From: Minisyncoccota bacterium | GTDB taxonomy: Bacteria > Patescibacteriota > Minisyncoccia > Phycocordibacterales > JABAAK01 | Length of the DNA: 64,000 bases | Direction of reading: 5' to 3' | NCBI GenBank assembly: GCA_965216295.1 | Contig: OZ244141.1 | Coordinates: 78,163-142,162 of the forward strand | In this document: piece by piece, positions 40,806 through 50,179 of the stretch | How positions within the stretch are numbered: position 1 is the stretch's first letter | Layout of the letters: each line of letters opens with the position of its first letter | Notes under the pieces: model-generated | Databases searched by the model: none | What the model saw: the letters and a program-made list of their open reading frames with translations, nothing else | What the model was told of the DNA's origin: nothing | Position numbers and translations under genes: made by a program

Positions 40806-42182
40806 TTATATTAAATTCAAACTTCTTTTAATATTATTAAAATCACTTATAATTTTTACATCATTTTCTAGCATATCAGATACTCTATCACAGGCATACA
40901 TAACTGTTGTATGGTCTCTGTTTCCTAAGTGCTTACCAATTGAAGAATATGGTGTGTTTAAGAACTCTCTTAGTATATACATTATTATCTGTCGTATCAA
41001 AACCATCTCCTTTTTTCTTGATTTTGTTGTTATTAATGAAGGATCAATGTCATAAAAAGAACAAACCTTTTGTATAACATCTTTATGAGTTATGTTTATT
41101 TTTGCCTTTAAATTACTCTTAATAAAGTTTTTAATATTTGACAACTTTATTTGTTTGTTGTGTATCTCATTATAGAGCATAATATTTTTTACAACACTAT
41201 CAAGCTCCCGGACATTCCCATTTATGTTCTTAACAACAAAATCAACAATTTCATCCTCAACAATAAGGTCTATGTTTTCAATCTTTTTCTTGAAAATGAT
41301 ACCTAATGACTCAGAATCCACAACCTGGATATCCACAATCATACCAGAGGCAAACCTTGATCGAATACGCTCTTCAATAGAGGGAATCTCACTCGGAGGT
41401 CTATCAGAGGAGAAAATAATCTGATTATTATTATTGTAAAAATGGTTAAATAAATGGAATAATTCTATGGTAGTACGCTCCTTTCCTGCGAAGAAATGAA
41501 CATCATCTATAATAAGGAGTTGATAACTTTGGTACCTCTTACGAAAATCACTAACTCTTTCATGACCAACACCAACCGCGTCTACATAATCCTGTGTAAA
41601 GTTTTCTGCGGTCGTGTAATACACTTTTAGGTTTGGTTGTAGTTGTAATACCCTATTCCCCAACGCTTGTGTGAGGTGAGTTTTACCAACACCAGTTGGC
41701 CCATAAATAAATAGTGGATTATATACAACACCCAGTCTTTTTATAACAGCTTGAGCCGCGCTGTGTGCAAAGTCAATATACGGAGCAATAACAAATGAAT
41801 CAAAATTAAACCGAGGGTTTAGTCCAGAATTTTTATCAACTTGTTCAAATTGAAACGGTATGGTTTTATTATCCTGCTTTTTTTTCGCAGACTGATTTGT
41901 ATTAATTCTTCTGTTTATAGTAAAACGAACAAGTTTTATGTTTGTGGTTTGTTTTTGTATCTCACTAATAATAATCCGCATATATTTCTGTTGAATCCAG
42001 TTTTTAACAAACTCATTAGGAACACCAATTGTGAGAGTTTTGTCTTTATCCACATGAAGAGCGTGTGTACTAACAAACCACGTCTTAAAATTTGTTTCAG
42101 GAATTGATTTTCTCAATGATTCTAAAACCCCTTCCCAAATTGTTTGAGCATCTAATGTTCTGACCGTTTCCATTGAACCCAT
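40806..42182 (-). CDS. dnaA: Chromosomal replication initiator DnaA
   Basis: YNPLFIYGPTGVGKTHL, IDDVHF, SDRPP, RDHTTVMYA; start 42182 or 42173. Confidence 0.97.
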   Translation of the reverse strand: MGSMETVRTLDAQTIWEGVLESLRKSIPETNFKTWFVSTHALHVDKDKTLTIGVPNEFVKNWIQQKYMRIIISEIQKQTTNIKLVRFTINRRINTNQSAKKKQDNKTIPFQFEQVDKNSGLNPRFNFDSFVIAPYIDFAHSAAQAVIKRLGVVYNPLFIYGPTGVGKTHLTQALGNRVLQLQPNLKVYYTTAENFTQDYVDAVGVGHERVSDFRKRYQSYQLLIIDDVHFFAGKERTTIELFHLFNHFYNNNNQIIFSSDRPPSEIPSIEERIRSRFASGMIVDIQVVDSESLGIIFKKKIENIDLIVEDEIVDFVVKNINGNVRELDSVVKNIMLYNEIHNKQIKLSNIKNFIKSNLKAKINITHKDVIQKVCSFYDIDPSLITTKSRKKEMVLIRQIIMYILREFLNTPYSSIGKHLGNRDHTTVMYACDRVSDMLENDVKIISDFNNIKRSLNLI

Positions 42183-42239
42183 TATGGGGTATGAAGTCAA
42201 AAAAGCAAAATAGATATATAGCAGTGCTCTCAATTAAGA

Positions 42240-42260
42240 TGTGTATAACGTTGTGAATAA
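42240..42260. promoter_or_regulatory. Two DnaA boxes upstream of dnaA
   Basis: TGTGTATAA 42240-42248 and TGTGAATAA 42252-42260 fit TTWTNCACA on the minus strand. Confidence 0.75.
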
Positions 42261-42329
42261 CTAAATAAAAATAGTATTGTGTTGTTTTGATAGATAAGGT
42301 ATACTCAGCAAGTCACACTCTCAACTTTT

Positions 42330-42449
42330 ATGCACAAAAGAAGTGTAAAAAAAACAAACAAAAAACACGGTTTTCTATCAAGGAGTAAAACAAGCTCAGG
42401 AAAGAAGGTTATTCAACGAAGAAGGCTTCGAGGAAGGAAAAGTATATAG
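42330..42449 (+). CDS. rpmH: 50S ribosomal protein L34 (too short for the ORF track)
   Basis: Manual translation MHKRSVKKTNKKHGFLSRSKTSSGKKVIQRRRLRGRKSI; canonical position before rnpA. Confidence 0.93.
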   Translation: MHKRSVKKTNKKHGFLSRSKTSSGKKVIQRRRLRGRKSI

Positions 42450-42766
42450 TGATGCAGAAGAAAATATCATCACAAGAGATTAAAAACTATCTTCGGGGGG
42501 GTGTTAGGGTTTCAAATAACAGTCTGGTGATTATTTATCATAAAAAACAAGAAAGAAAATCTGTTGCAGTTATTATATCAAAGAAAAAAATTAAAAATGC
42601 TGTAAAAAGAAATTATGTTCGTCGAGTAATACGATCTCTTGCGCAATCAGAAAAAGAATTAAAAGGAATTTTTATTTTTATCTATAAATCAAAAGAAACA
42701 AAAAATGAGCGTATACAAAAAGTAATACAAGACGCAATCAAAACACTAAAGGATAAGTTAGTATAA
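42449..42766 (+). CDS. rnpA: Ribonuclease P protein component
   Basis: AVIISKK..NAVKRNYVRR; synteny with rpmH and yidC. Confidence 0.9.
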   Translation: MMQKKISSQEIKNYLRGGVRVSNNSLVIIYHKKQERKSVAVIISKKKIKNAVKRNYVRRVIRSLAQSEKELKGIFIFIYKSKETKNERIQKVIQDAIKTLKDKLV

Positions 42767-42835
42767 AAAGTGCTATTGTGGAAAACATACTAAACAAAAA
42801 CAAAAAAAAGAGTAATGGTATATACTGACTGAGTA

Positions 42836-43603
42836 ATGGAATCAATACTCACAACCGTTTTTTATCAACCGGCAATAAATATTTTATACCTCGGATCAAA
42901 TATTGTTGACCCGAGCGTATTTTGGTTGGGGATTTTTTTTCTTGTACTTATTATTAAAATTGCACTTTTCCCTGTAAGCGTTGGCGCCATACAAACGCAA
43001 CAGAAAATACAAGGAATTCAGGGAAAATTGCAGTCTTTAAAGGAGCGATATAAAAATGACAAGGAAAAACTAGCCTTAGAAAGTATGGCTCTTTATAGAA
43101 AAAACAACATTAATCCATTTAAATCAATATTTATACTCCTTATACAAATACCAATTATTATCACCATTTTCTTGGTCACAAGAGATGTGTCCCAAGGAGA
43201 TACTTCATTCGACCTACTCTACTCATTTATTAATCAACCAGAACCACTCTTAACAACCATGTTTGGCCTTGAACTCACAGCACCTCTAGGCAGTGGTTTA
43301 ATCTTCTCTTCCGCAACAGTAACGTTTGCCATACTTTCTGGCGCAACACTATTAATGCTTATGAGGCAGTCAGCAAGGCGTGTTTCTGGAGAACAGGCAA
43401 TGCGTATTCAAAAAATACTACAATTAGTATTCACACCACTTGTAATGTTTTCTGTTTTTTGGTTTGGCGCCGCCGTTGGTTTTTACTTTTTTATTAATAA
43501 TATTATTTCAATGATACAGGAAACATTTATCAGAAAAGGTATTGGGGTAGATGAGAAAAAACCCTCAAATAAGATAACCAATCAAGTTACTACAGCCCAA
43601 TAA
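42836..43603 (+). CDS. yidC: Membrane protein insertase YidC (short form)
   Basis: IKIALFP, LYRKNNINPF, LIQIPI. Confidence 0.92.
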   Translation: MESILTTVFYQPAINILYLGSNIVDPSVFWLGIFFLVLIIKIALFPVSVGAIQTQQKIQGIQGKLQSLKERYKNDKEKLALESMALYRKNNINPFKSIFILLIQIPIIITIFLVTRDVSQGDTSFDLLYSFINQPEPLLTTMFGLELTAPLGSGLIFSSATVTFAILSGATLLMLMRQSARRVSGEQAMRIQKILQLVFTPLVMFSVFWFGAAVGFYFFINNIISMIQETFIRKGIGVDEKKPSNKITNQVTTAQ

Positions 43604-44873
43604 CCCACAACGAAAGATCTCTTTTATTAATAAAGAAAAACAAAGAACCATCATCATTTATCCACGGGTGTATAATATCAAATTTTGTACCAGATGTGAG
43701 TGCTAAAATATCCTCATCTTTTGGATTTAGTATAATCTCTTGTTCTTTGGTGACAGCATTAATATACACAACAACATCACTCAAAACAACATCTCCTTGA
43801 TACCAAGAGTCAGGATAAATTGCTTTATATCCAGAGAGTGTCCTGTTGGGGAGATTGACAGGAACACCACAGATGAATATGCCAGAGTGACCATCACATT
43901 TTTCAGTAAAAGTTTTATACAACGCGGCAAACTCACCACCACCATCAGCACTTGCGACCATTGCCCCACCAATGCTTTTATATTTATATAAAAAATTAGA
44001 CGACTCATCTAACAAAACAGAGCCACCCGAACGAGAATAGAATATTTTTTCTGGTAAGGGTGTGGGTGTCTGTGTATTAAGAGCAAAGATATGAGCAGGA
44101 ACTCCGGTTGCGGTCGGGGTTTTGATGGTAAGGTATTTCCCCCTTCTCCATTGGGGTAACCAAACATTACTATTAGATCTCCAAATAACTCTTGTATCCG
44201 CGCTGTTTTCTAAATTGACCAATGTTCCAACAGAACCTTTGTTTGTTTTTTTAATAAAAAACAACTTGTTTTCACCATCTGTTGCGACACGCACATTGTT
44301 CTCAAAAACAGTCTTTGTATTAGTTTTTGGAACAAAGTCATCAAAAAACGATTGAGAAATTAGATCATTTGCTTGGTTTTCAAATTGAAATAACACCCTA
44401 CCATTCTTAAACAAATAAGCTTTTTGTATATACAAACCATCACCTTGAAAAGTTTTCTTTATACTATACGGATTAATGGTTGCTTGGTGTCGATCTCCTC
44501 TACCCGCCTCTATAATACGAACAACCCATCCCAACCCTTCTTCCTTATCAACACGATATCCAGCAACCGGTCCTTGAAAAATTTTCAAAATACGAAACAC
44601 ACCACCCTCAAGGTCATCGGGTGTGGGTGAATCCGTCACTATAATTGGTGGCTCAATAAAGGTTATTGGAGAAACAGAGGGTTCGTTGATTGGTGTTGGG
44701 ACGGTGCCAAATGGGCTGGTTGATTTGGGTTTTTGATTGATTGTCGTTACAGTTTTTTTTGGCATATCATCAGTGTTGTATATATAGTACAAACCAAACA
44801 ATACCAATAAAATAATAATCGCAAGCGCGATAAGTAGTGATCGGAGTAGTTTTTTTAAAGAACCTGTTTCCAT
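43590..44873 (-). CDS. Membrane-anchored hypothetical protein
   Basis: N-terminal TM, Pro/Thr linker, EKC...CGVP...PDSWYQG...FFINKRDLSLW. Confidence 0.75.
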   Translation of the reverse strand: METGSLKKLLRSLLIALAIIILLVLFGLYYIYNTDDMPKKTVTTINQKPKSTSPFGTVPTPINEPSVSPITFIEPPIIVTDSPTPDDLEGGVFRILKIFQGPVAGYRVDKEEGLGWVVRIIEAGRGDRHQATINPYSIKKTFQGDGLYIQKAYLFKNGRVLFQFENQANDLISQSFFDDFVPKTNTKTVFENNVRVATDGENKLFFIKKTNKGSVGTLVNLENSADTRVIWRSNSNVWLPQWRRGKYLTIKTPTATGVPAHIFALNTQTPTPLPEKIFYSRSGGSVLLDESSNFLYKYKSIGGAMVASADGGGEFAALYKTFTEKCDGHSGIFICGVPVNLPNRTLSGYKAIYPDSWYQGDVVLSDVVVYINAVTKEQEIILNPKDEDILALTSGTKFDIIHPWINDDGSLFFFINKRDLSLWVIGL

Positions 44874-44983
44874 ACTATTAAGTATACCGCACAAAGAAAA
44901 AGTGATAAAGAAAGAATCTCACACCACAAACCAGATCTTTTATGTTTTAAAAAAGACGTTATTATTTCAAACACAAGCAATAG

Positions 44984-45466
44984 CTATTGTATGATAAAAT
45001 TAAGGAATTTTAATGAAACCAAATCAGGGTTAACGGTATTTAATATTATATAGGATCCTATAAGGATAACCAAACTCAATAATCCATTTTTTAGCACTGT
45101 TAAAGCCTCCTCTCGCCCCTTCACATGACCACCCGCAGTTAGTGCTAATAGCCTTACCCCATAAAAGGCAATAACAACCGTAGTAAATATTGCGGCAAGA
45201 GAAAAGGCAATTTTAAAAAGTGCCGTCAATAATTTTCGAATTAACTTATTTATTTCTTCTTGATCCTTAATATTAACTCCAATCCCAGCTCCGGGTGCGG
45301 GAGGTTTAAATCCTGGTATGCCAACAGAAAAATAAATTGTTTGCATTTGGTTTTGAGAAACAGCGGTCATTTTTTGTATAGGGGTGGTGAAAAAAAACAG
45401 CGCTGTTGTAAAAAAAGCAACCACTATGGTAACGCAAATGTATTTATAGCTCGATAGTAAAATCAT
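44984..45466 (-). CDS. Pilin-like protein (TrbC/VirB2-like)
   Basis: Hydrophobic hairpin, GLLSLVILIGSYIILNTVNPDLV. Confidence 0.7.
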   Translation of the reverse strand: MILLSSYKYICVTIVVAFFTTALFFFTTPIQKMTAVSQNQMQTIYFSVGIPGFKPPAPGAGIGVNIKDQEEINKLIRKLLTALFKIAFSLAAIFTTVVIAFYGVRLLALTAGGHVKGREEALTVLKNGLLSLVILIGSYIILNTVNPDLVSLKFLNFIIQ

Positions 45467-46466
45467 ATTCTGCTTTTTGTTTTAACACATCACCCTTACG
45501 CTGTTCCGCGACAACTTTGAGGAAAAACGCACCCTCATCACCACTTAATAATAGATTCACCCTCCTTGAATCTTCTTCTAATTTTTCTTCACCATTCTTA
45601 AACCAGTTGTAGGTAATAGTCCCATTATTAAAAGCTTCAAGTGAAAAGAAGTATGGATATACTGATAGTGTTATTGGTTCACTGAACAAAACATTTTTAC
45701 CAAACGCTCTGTTGTGTAACACGCCACGAAGTGCTTCAAATTCATACACTAGTAATTTAGGGAAATTTCGAGGAATGGTAACACTCCTTTTTACCACAAA
45801 GGATTGATTGTTTAATTTTTTTGCCGTCACCGTCACCTTAATTTTTGGTAAATCATACCGAGGCTCGCTTGGTATGATAATCACTGATTTTCCAACCCCC
45901 TGTGCTCCCTGAAACACTCTTCCATTCACCTCCCACACAAAAGAAAAATCTCTTTCTGTAAACACAGAGGTGCCACTTTGATACAACAAATCTGCTGAAA
46001 CACGAATCGGAGCATCTCTTCCTGGCAACGGATATCCAAGATAGTGTGCGGGCGTTACCACCTCACCCTCCCAAATAATATCAAGTCGCACCGGGTATAT
46101 AATTATTTCTTGGGTGAGTTGTTGTCGCAAACCACCATAGTAAAAAGTTATATTACAAGTGATAGTGGTTGGTCGACTTAAATCCAACACCTTAAAATCA
46201 ATCTGTAACAAATCATTAAATTTTTCATCAATCTTTCCATTAATGAACCACTTAGTGGAATCAACAGCGCTTTTTGAAACCTGACCAGAGGTAACCTTTA
46301 TTGTTACAGTGTCACCAAGAGCTGGTGTTGTGGTGCTAGCAGAGATACCCAGAAGATCGCTGGCGGCAGGAATGTTTTGAGCAATCACTGGTATATAGCT
46401 GAGGTGTATAAGTAACACACATATTAAATAGTAGGGCGTATTTGAGTGTCTAAAAATCGACAACAT
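45444..46466 (-). CDS. Secreted Ig-fold hypothetical protein
   Basis: Signal-like N-terminus; KWFING, VWEVNG, YNWFKNG repeats. Confidence 0.7.
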   Translation of the reverse strand: MLSIFRHSNTPYYLICVLLIHLSYIPVIAQNIPAASDLLGISASTTTPALGDTVTIKVTSGQVSKSAVDSTKWFINGKIDEKFNDLLQIDFKVLDLSRPTTITCNITFYYGGLRQQLTQEIIIYPVRLDIIWEGEVVTPAHYLGYPLPGRDAPIRVSADLLYQSGTSVFTERDFSFVWEVNGRVFQGAQGVGKSVIIIPSEPRYDLPKIKVTVTAKKLNNQSFVVKRSVTIPRNFPKLLVYEFEALRGVLHNRAFGKNVLFSEPITLSVYPYFFSLEAFNNGTITYNWFKNGEEKLEEDSRRVNLLLSGDEGAFFLKVVAEQRKGDVLKQKAEYDFTIEL

Positions 46467-46500
46467 AATATTCGCAGTATAACAGGGTGTTGCACGAACT

Positions 46501-46965
46501 CTATTTTTTATAGGAAAACACCACACATGTCAGGTATATCGACCACAAAGGAAATGTAGAGAGAATAGGGATGCTTTCAATAATGAATATAATTGGCAAA
46601 ACAACAATCAAACCAACCTTACCTTTTTTAGGAGGATTAACACCAAAGAGGACTAGGTAGAAAGACAGTATTATGATTGACAGAGTAAGGGGGAGTGCGA
46701 GGAGTGATGTGGAGAGTGCAATTGGATATCCTGCAAGACCTTGACCAATCTCCTCAAACCCAAAAAACGAGAGAGCAGATCCAACTACAGCAGCCACAGA
46801 TAAACCAGCAAGTGTTACTGGATTAAAAAATACCACAAGAAGAGGGAGATATATAAAATCAACAATCTCTTTGAAAACAAGGAGGGTTGTTGCAACAATC
46901 AAACCACCCCTCGGAAGCTCTGTAGATCCACTTCCGCCACGCTGTAAACGACGAATTTGTATCAT
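46501..46965 (-). CDS. Membrane protein in T4SS-like locus
   Basis: Hydrophobic; ESIPILSTFPLWS motif. Confidence 0.65.
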   Translation of the reverse strand: MIQIRRLQRGGSGSTELPRGGLIVATTLLVFKEIVDFIYLPLLVVFFNPVTLAGLSVAAVVGSALSFFGFEEIGQGLAGYPIALSTSLLALPLTLSIIILSFYLVLFGVNPPKKGKVGLIVVLPIIFIIESIPILSTFPLWSIYLTCVVFSYKK

Positions 46966-46969
46966 ACAA

Positions 46970-48790
46970 TCAACTTACCGAATCATCACCACCCTCCTTT
47001 TTAGATTTTATTCGGAGCAGTTGAGATGGATCAGAGGTAATAATCTGATCTTCTGTGTAAGAAGCGATAATTTTAATAGCAACTCTTTTAAGGCCGGCGA
47101 CAAACAAACCCTCCCCAACCGCTGATTCTAAGAGTAAAAACTTTTCATTATCTGTAAGGTTAAAAATTTCTTGTAACCTCTCTATTGATGTTGCAGATTG
47201 TCGTAGCAAAAGAACCAAAGAGGCGTTGTTTAAAATTGGTTTTCCGTAAGGAGAGTTTAAGAAATCACTAACATCTTGTGTGATTGTGGCAACTCCAAGA
47301 TAGTATTTTCTACCACGCTTTACCAATCCAAACAGAAAAATAGCACTCGCCTCATCACGCATCATTACCCACGCTTCATCGACAACCAGGAGTCGTTTGC
47401 GTAATACCTTACGCACATTGTTCCATATATAGTGTGTAATAATATACATTGCTGCAGGTTTCAACTCATCTTCCATATCTCTAATGGAAAAAACAACCAA
47501 ATCTTTATTCATATTGACATTAGTTGGTTGATTGATAAAACCAGACCATGACCCTCCTGTATATTTTCCAAGACGACCAACCAACCCCTCACTCCCATCC
47601 AAACCAGCAAGTACTAAGGCAAAATCAGAAAGCAGTGGCGCTTCCGCGTTTTCAAAGTTAGCATTTGGAGTTATGTCTTTCAAGGCGTATGTCTCTGTAA
47701 TAGCTTTATCAAGAAGAGATTCTTCTGCTGCGGTCAGATTGCCTAAAAGAACACGGAACAATCCAACAAGATCAATAATATTACTTCGCAAGACATCGGC
47801 TGGATTTTCATCCTCACGAATAGCAGGAAGATCAAATGGATTGATGTGATGTTCTGAATTAAGTGAAACATTGAAATGCCGACCATCAACCGCCTTAGAT
47901 AGAGGTTCAAACTCCATCTCAGGATCAATAACAATAACATTAATACCTGCCATCAATGATCGCAACACTTCCAATTTCATAGCGTATGATTTACCAGCAC
48001 CTGATGTTGCAAAGGTAACCGAGTTGTAGTTTGGTAATGAAAAACGGTCAAATAGTATGAGTGATGCGTTATGCTGATTAACACCATAGAGAATCCCTCG
48101 ATCTGCAGAAAGACCGAATGAGACAAATGGAAATATGCTTGAGAGTGGTTCTGAGTTGAGTTTGGTGTGTATAGAAAGCACATCATTTGCAAACGGGCTA
48201 GTGCTCTTAAATCCCTGCTCTTGTTGAAACAAACTTGGCTTTACGAATATAAGACGACCATCAAGGAGTGATCGCAAATCCTTTTCTGTATCTGCTAATG
48301 ATTCCAAAGAATCACCATAGATAGTAATGTATATACCAACATCAAACAACAATTCTGTTGCCTGTTGAATTCGATCACGCAAATGCTCCAAATCTCTCCT
48401 CGCAATATCAAGTTTTGGATCACGAACCATACCCTTACGTTCTCTTTCCAGAATCTGACTCTCCACCTGCGCAACCTTCTTTCTAAAATCACGCAAAACA
48501 TTTTTTGTCTCAATGGGGTGTATGTGTATAGCGATGTCAAATTCTCTGCTAATGTTGATGATTGGTGTAAACCAACCCTCATTTAAAAAGCGAGGATACG
48601 AGACTATTGCAAGTGTCCGTGCGTACTTACCACCAAGCTCAATGTGTTTGGGAGCAACTTTGATTGCTGCGGGGGCAATAACATCTCGCAACCCAATACT
48701 GCTACGCTCAAACATTTCTTGTGGCATAAAAGAGGTAACCCCTTTCCCCTCCACAGCGCTTTTCTTTTTAAAAATATCTAAAAGTCCCAT
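46970..48790 (-). CDS. VirB4/TraC-like secretion/conjugation ATPase
   Basis: ATSGAGKS, IDPEMEF, HINPFD, LVVDEAW, RGRKY, ITQDV. Confidence 0.9.
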   Translation of the reverse strand: MGLLDIFKKKSAVEGKGVTSFMPQEMFERSSIGLRDVIAPAAIKVAPKHIELGGKYARTLAIVSYPRFLNEGWFTPIINISREFDIAIHIHPIETKNVLRDFRKKVAQVESQILERERKGMVRDPKLDIARRDLEHLRDRIQQATELLFDVGIYITIYGDSLESLADTEKDLRSLLDGRLIFVKPSLFQQEQGFKSTSPFANDVLSIHTKLNSEPLSSIFPFVSFGLSADRGILYGVNQHNASLILFDRFSLPNYNSVTFATSGAGKSYAMKLEVLRSLMAGINVIVIDPEMEFEPLSKAVDGRHFNVSLNSEHHINPFDLPAIREDENPADVLRSNIIDLVGLFRVLLGNLTAAEESLLDKAITETYALKDITPNANFENAEAPLLSDFALVLAGLDGSEGLVGRLGKYTGGSWSGFINQPTNVNMNKDLVVFSIRDMEDELKPAAMYIITHYIWNNVRKVLRKRLLVVDEAWVMMRDEASAIFLFGLVKRGRKYYLGVATITQDVSDFLNSPYGKPILNNASLVLLLRQSATSIERLQEIFNLTDNEKFLLLESAVGEGLFVAGLKRVAIKIIASYTEDQIITSDPSQLLRIKSKKEGGDDSVS

Positions 48791-48791
48791 A

Positions 48792-49397
48792 CTATAGTTT
48801 TGGTACCGGCGCAGTGTCGCCCGGATTAAATGTTTGATACAACAATTCGGTAACAGCTTCGGTGTCTAGGCGAACAGCGCGAAGGCCTAAAGAGCGTATG
48901 TTATTTTGCACAAAAGAAACGCGTTGTTGTAGTTGTGTTTGAGCCTCTTCAAAGAAATTTTGTTGCTCGTTTGTTTTAGATTTTTTAAATGATAACGTTA
49001 GTGATTTTATTTGCACTGGAGAATAACCAATAATAAGAAAAAACTGCTTCGTCATAATTTCATTTGATTCAGTAAATTCAGTAATAAATTTGATATATTC
49101 TTTGGTTTGCAATCTCAACAACTCTACCTCCTGTTTGTTGTAAAGATTTTCTAAATATTCTAGGTGCTTTTGTATATTGAGGCGACGAGATTGTATAAGA
49201 ATCTGTATATTCACCTCTAATGAATTAAGCATACTCTGGAACTGATTGAGTATCGCTTCACGCTCCAAGTCAGACTTTAGATCAAAGTTTAATGAAGAAA
49301 CCAGCACGATTGCACAGAATATACCGTCCTCTCGAATGATAGTGCCATCTCGTATTTCTTTCAAAGGAACAAATGACTGTGTTGTTTTCTGTTTCAT
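48792..49397 (-). CDS. VirB4-associated protein (TraC N-terminal-like)
   Basis: VSSLNFDLKS..E..AI, IQILIQSR; lies between the PrgI and VirB4 genes. Confidence 0.7.
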   Translation of the reverse strand: MKQKTTQSFVPLKEIRDGTIIREDGIFCAIVLVSSLNFDLKSDLEREAILNQFQSMLNSLEVNIQILIQSRRLNIQKHLEYLENLYNKQEVELLRLQTKEYIKFITEFTESNEIMTKQFFLIIGYSPVQIKSLTLSFKKSKTNEQQNFFEEAQTQLQQRVSFVQNNIRSLGLRAVRLDTEAVTELLYQTFNPGDTAPVPKL

Positions 49398-49400
49398 ACG

Positions 49401-49823
49401 CTATGATGTTTGCCGACTGTCTTGAGAAAATTGTATCTCAGTAAGTAATTCTTTAATACGATCTGATTCATTATGATCTTTTTGAGTTTCTGAAACTTCT
49501 TCATTTTTTTGAGCCACTCTTTTTCGTGTAACCGCAACAGATTCTTGTTGTTTGTTCCAGACATATAATTTATCATTCAAGAGATATGTCAGCATTGCTC
49601 GAAGCAGGTCTATAAATGATTGGCTGTTGTGTTTGTAAAACGCTAACAATCCTCCAAGAACTCCAACAGGAGCACCCACAAGCAACGCGGTCCCAAACCC
49701 AACAAAGAAGAATAAAAAAATAAAGAGTCCAAGAGCTCCTCCTATGTACACAGCCTGCACAAAACTGAGCCCAAACAAAATGGTATCTGGAATATCAAGG
49801 TTTTGTGGTACTTGAAACCGCAT
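49401..49823 (-). CDS. PrgI-family (VirB3-like) protein
   Basis: MRFQVPQNLDIPD..FGLSFVQ plus two TMs. Confidence 0.85.
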   Translation of the reverse strand: MRFQVPQNLDIPDTILFGLSFVQAVYIGGALGLFIFLFFFVGFGTALLVGAPVGVLGGLLAFYKHNSQSFIDLLRAMLTYLLNDKLYVWNKQQESVAVTRKRVAQKNEEVSETQKDHNESDRIKELLTEIQFSQDSRQTS

Positions 49824-49864
49824 ACACCCCCAGTATACCGCTTCTTTGCCACCCCACCTTCCAA

Positions 49865-50176
49865 TTATTGAGGTCGAGTGAGTATGATGCTTTTAATCTT
49901 TTTAAAGATCCTTTCATCAACAGCTTGGACAATCATCTTTTTCTCTTCATTAGAGACTCCCATCCGTTTATCAATGCTTTGAGTAAAAGAATCAGACCGC
50001 TTAATACCTGTAATGACACCAATCACATCTTCCTCAAGCGTACTGATTTGTGGGATAGATAGCTGAAATTCTTCAGCCAATAGTGCCAACTCTTTTTCTA
50101 GTATGGTCTGTATCGCATCACGTTTTTTATCACCATACTTACTCAATATCGCCAAAAAATTCCTTTTATAGTTCAT
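49865..50176 (-). CDS. Hypothetical protein
   Basis: Co-oriented ORF in the operon; helical. Confidence 0.65.
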   Translation of the reverse strand: MNYKRNFLAILSKYGDKKRDAIQTILEKELALLAEEFQLSIPQISTLEEDVIGVITGIKRSDSFTQSIDKRMGVSNEEKKMIVQAVDERIFKKIKSIILTRPQ

Positions 50177-50179
50177 ACA

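Noticed and set aside
40557-41055. Short ORFs over the dnaA-dnaN gap
   Set aside because: Low-complexity translations of AT-rich origin DNA.
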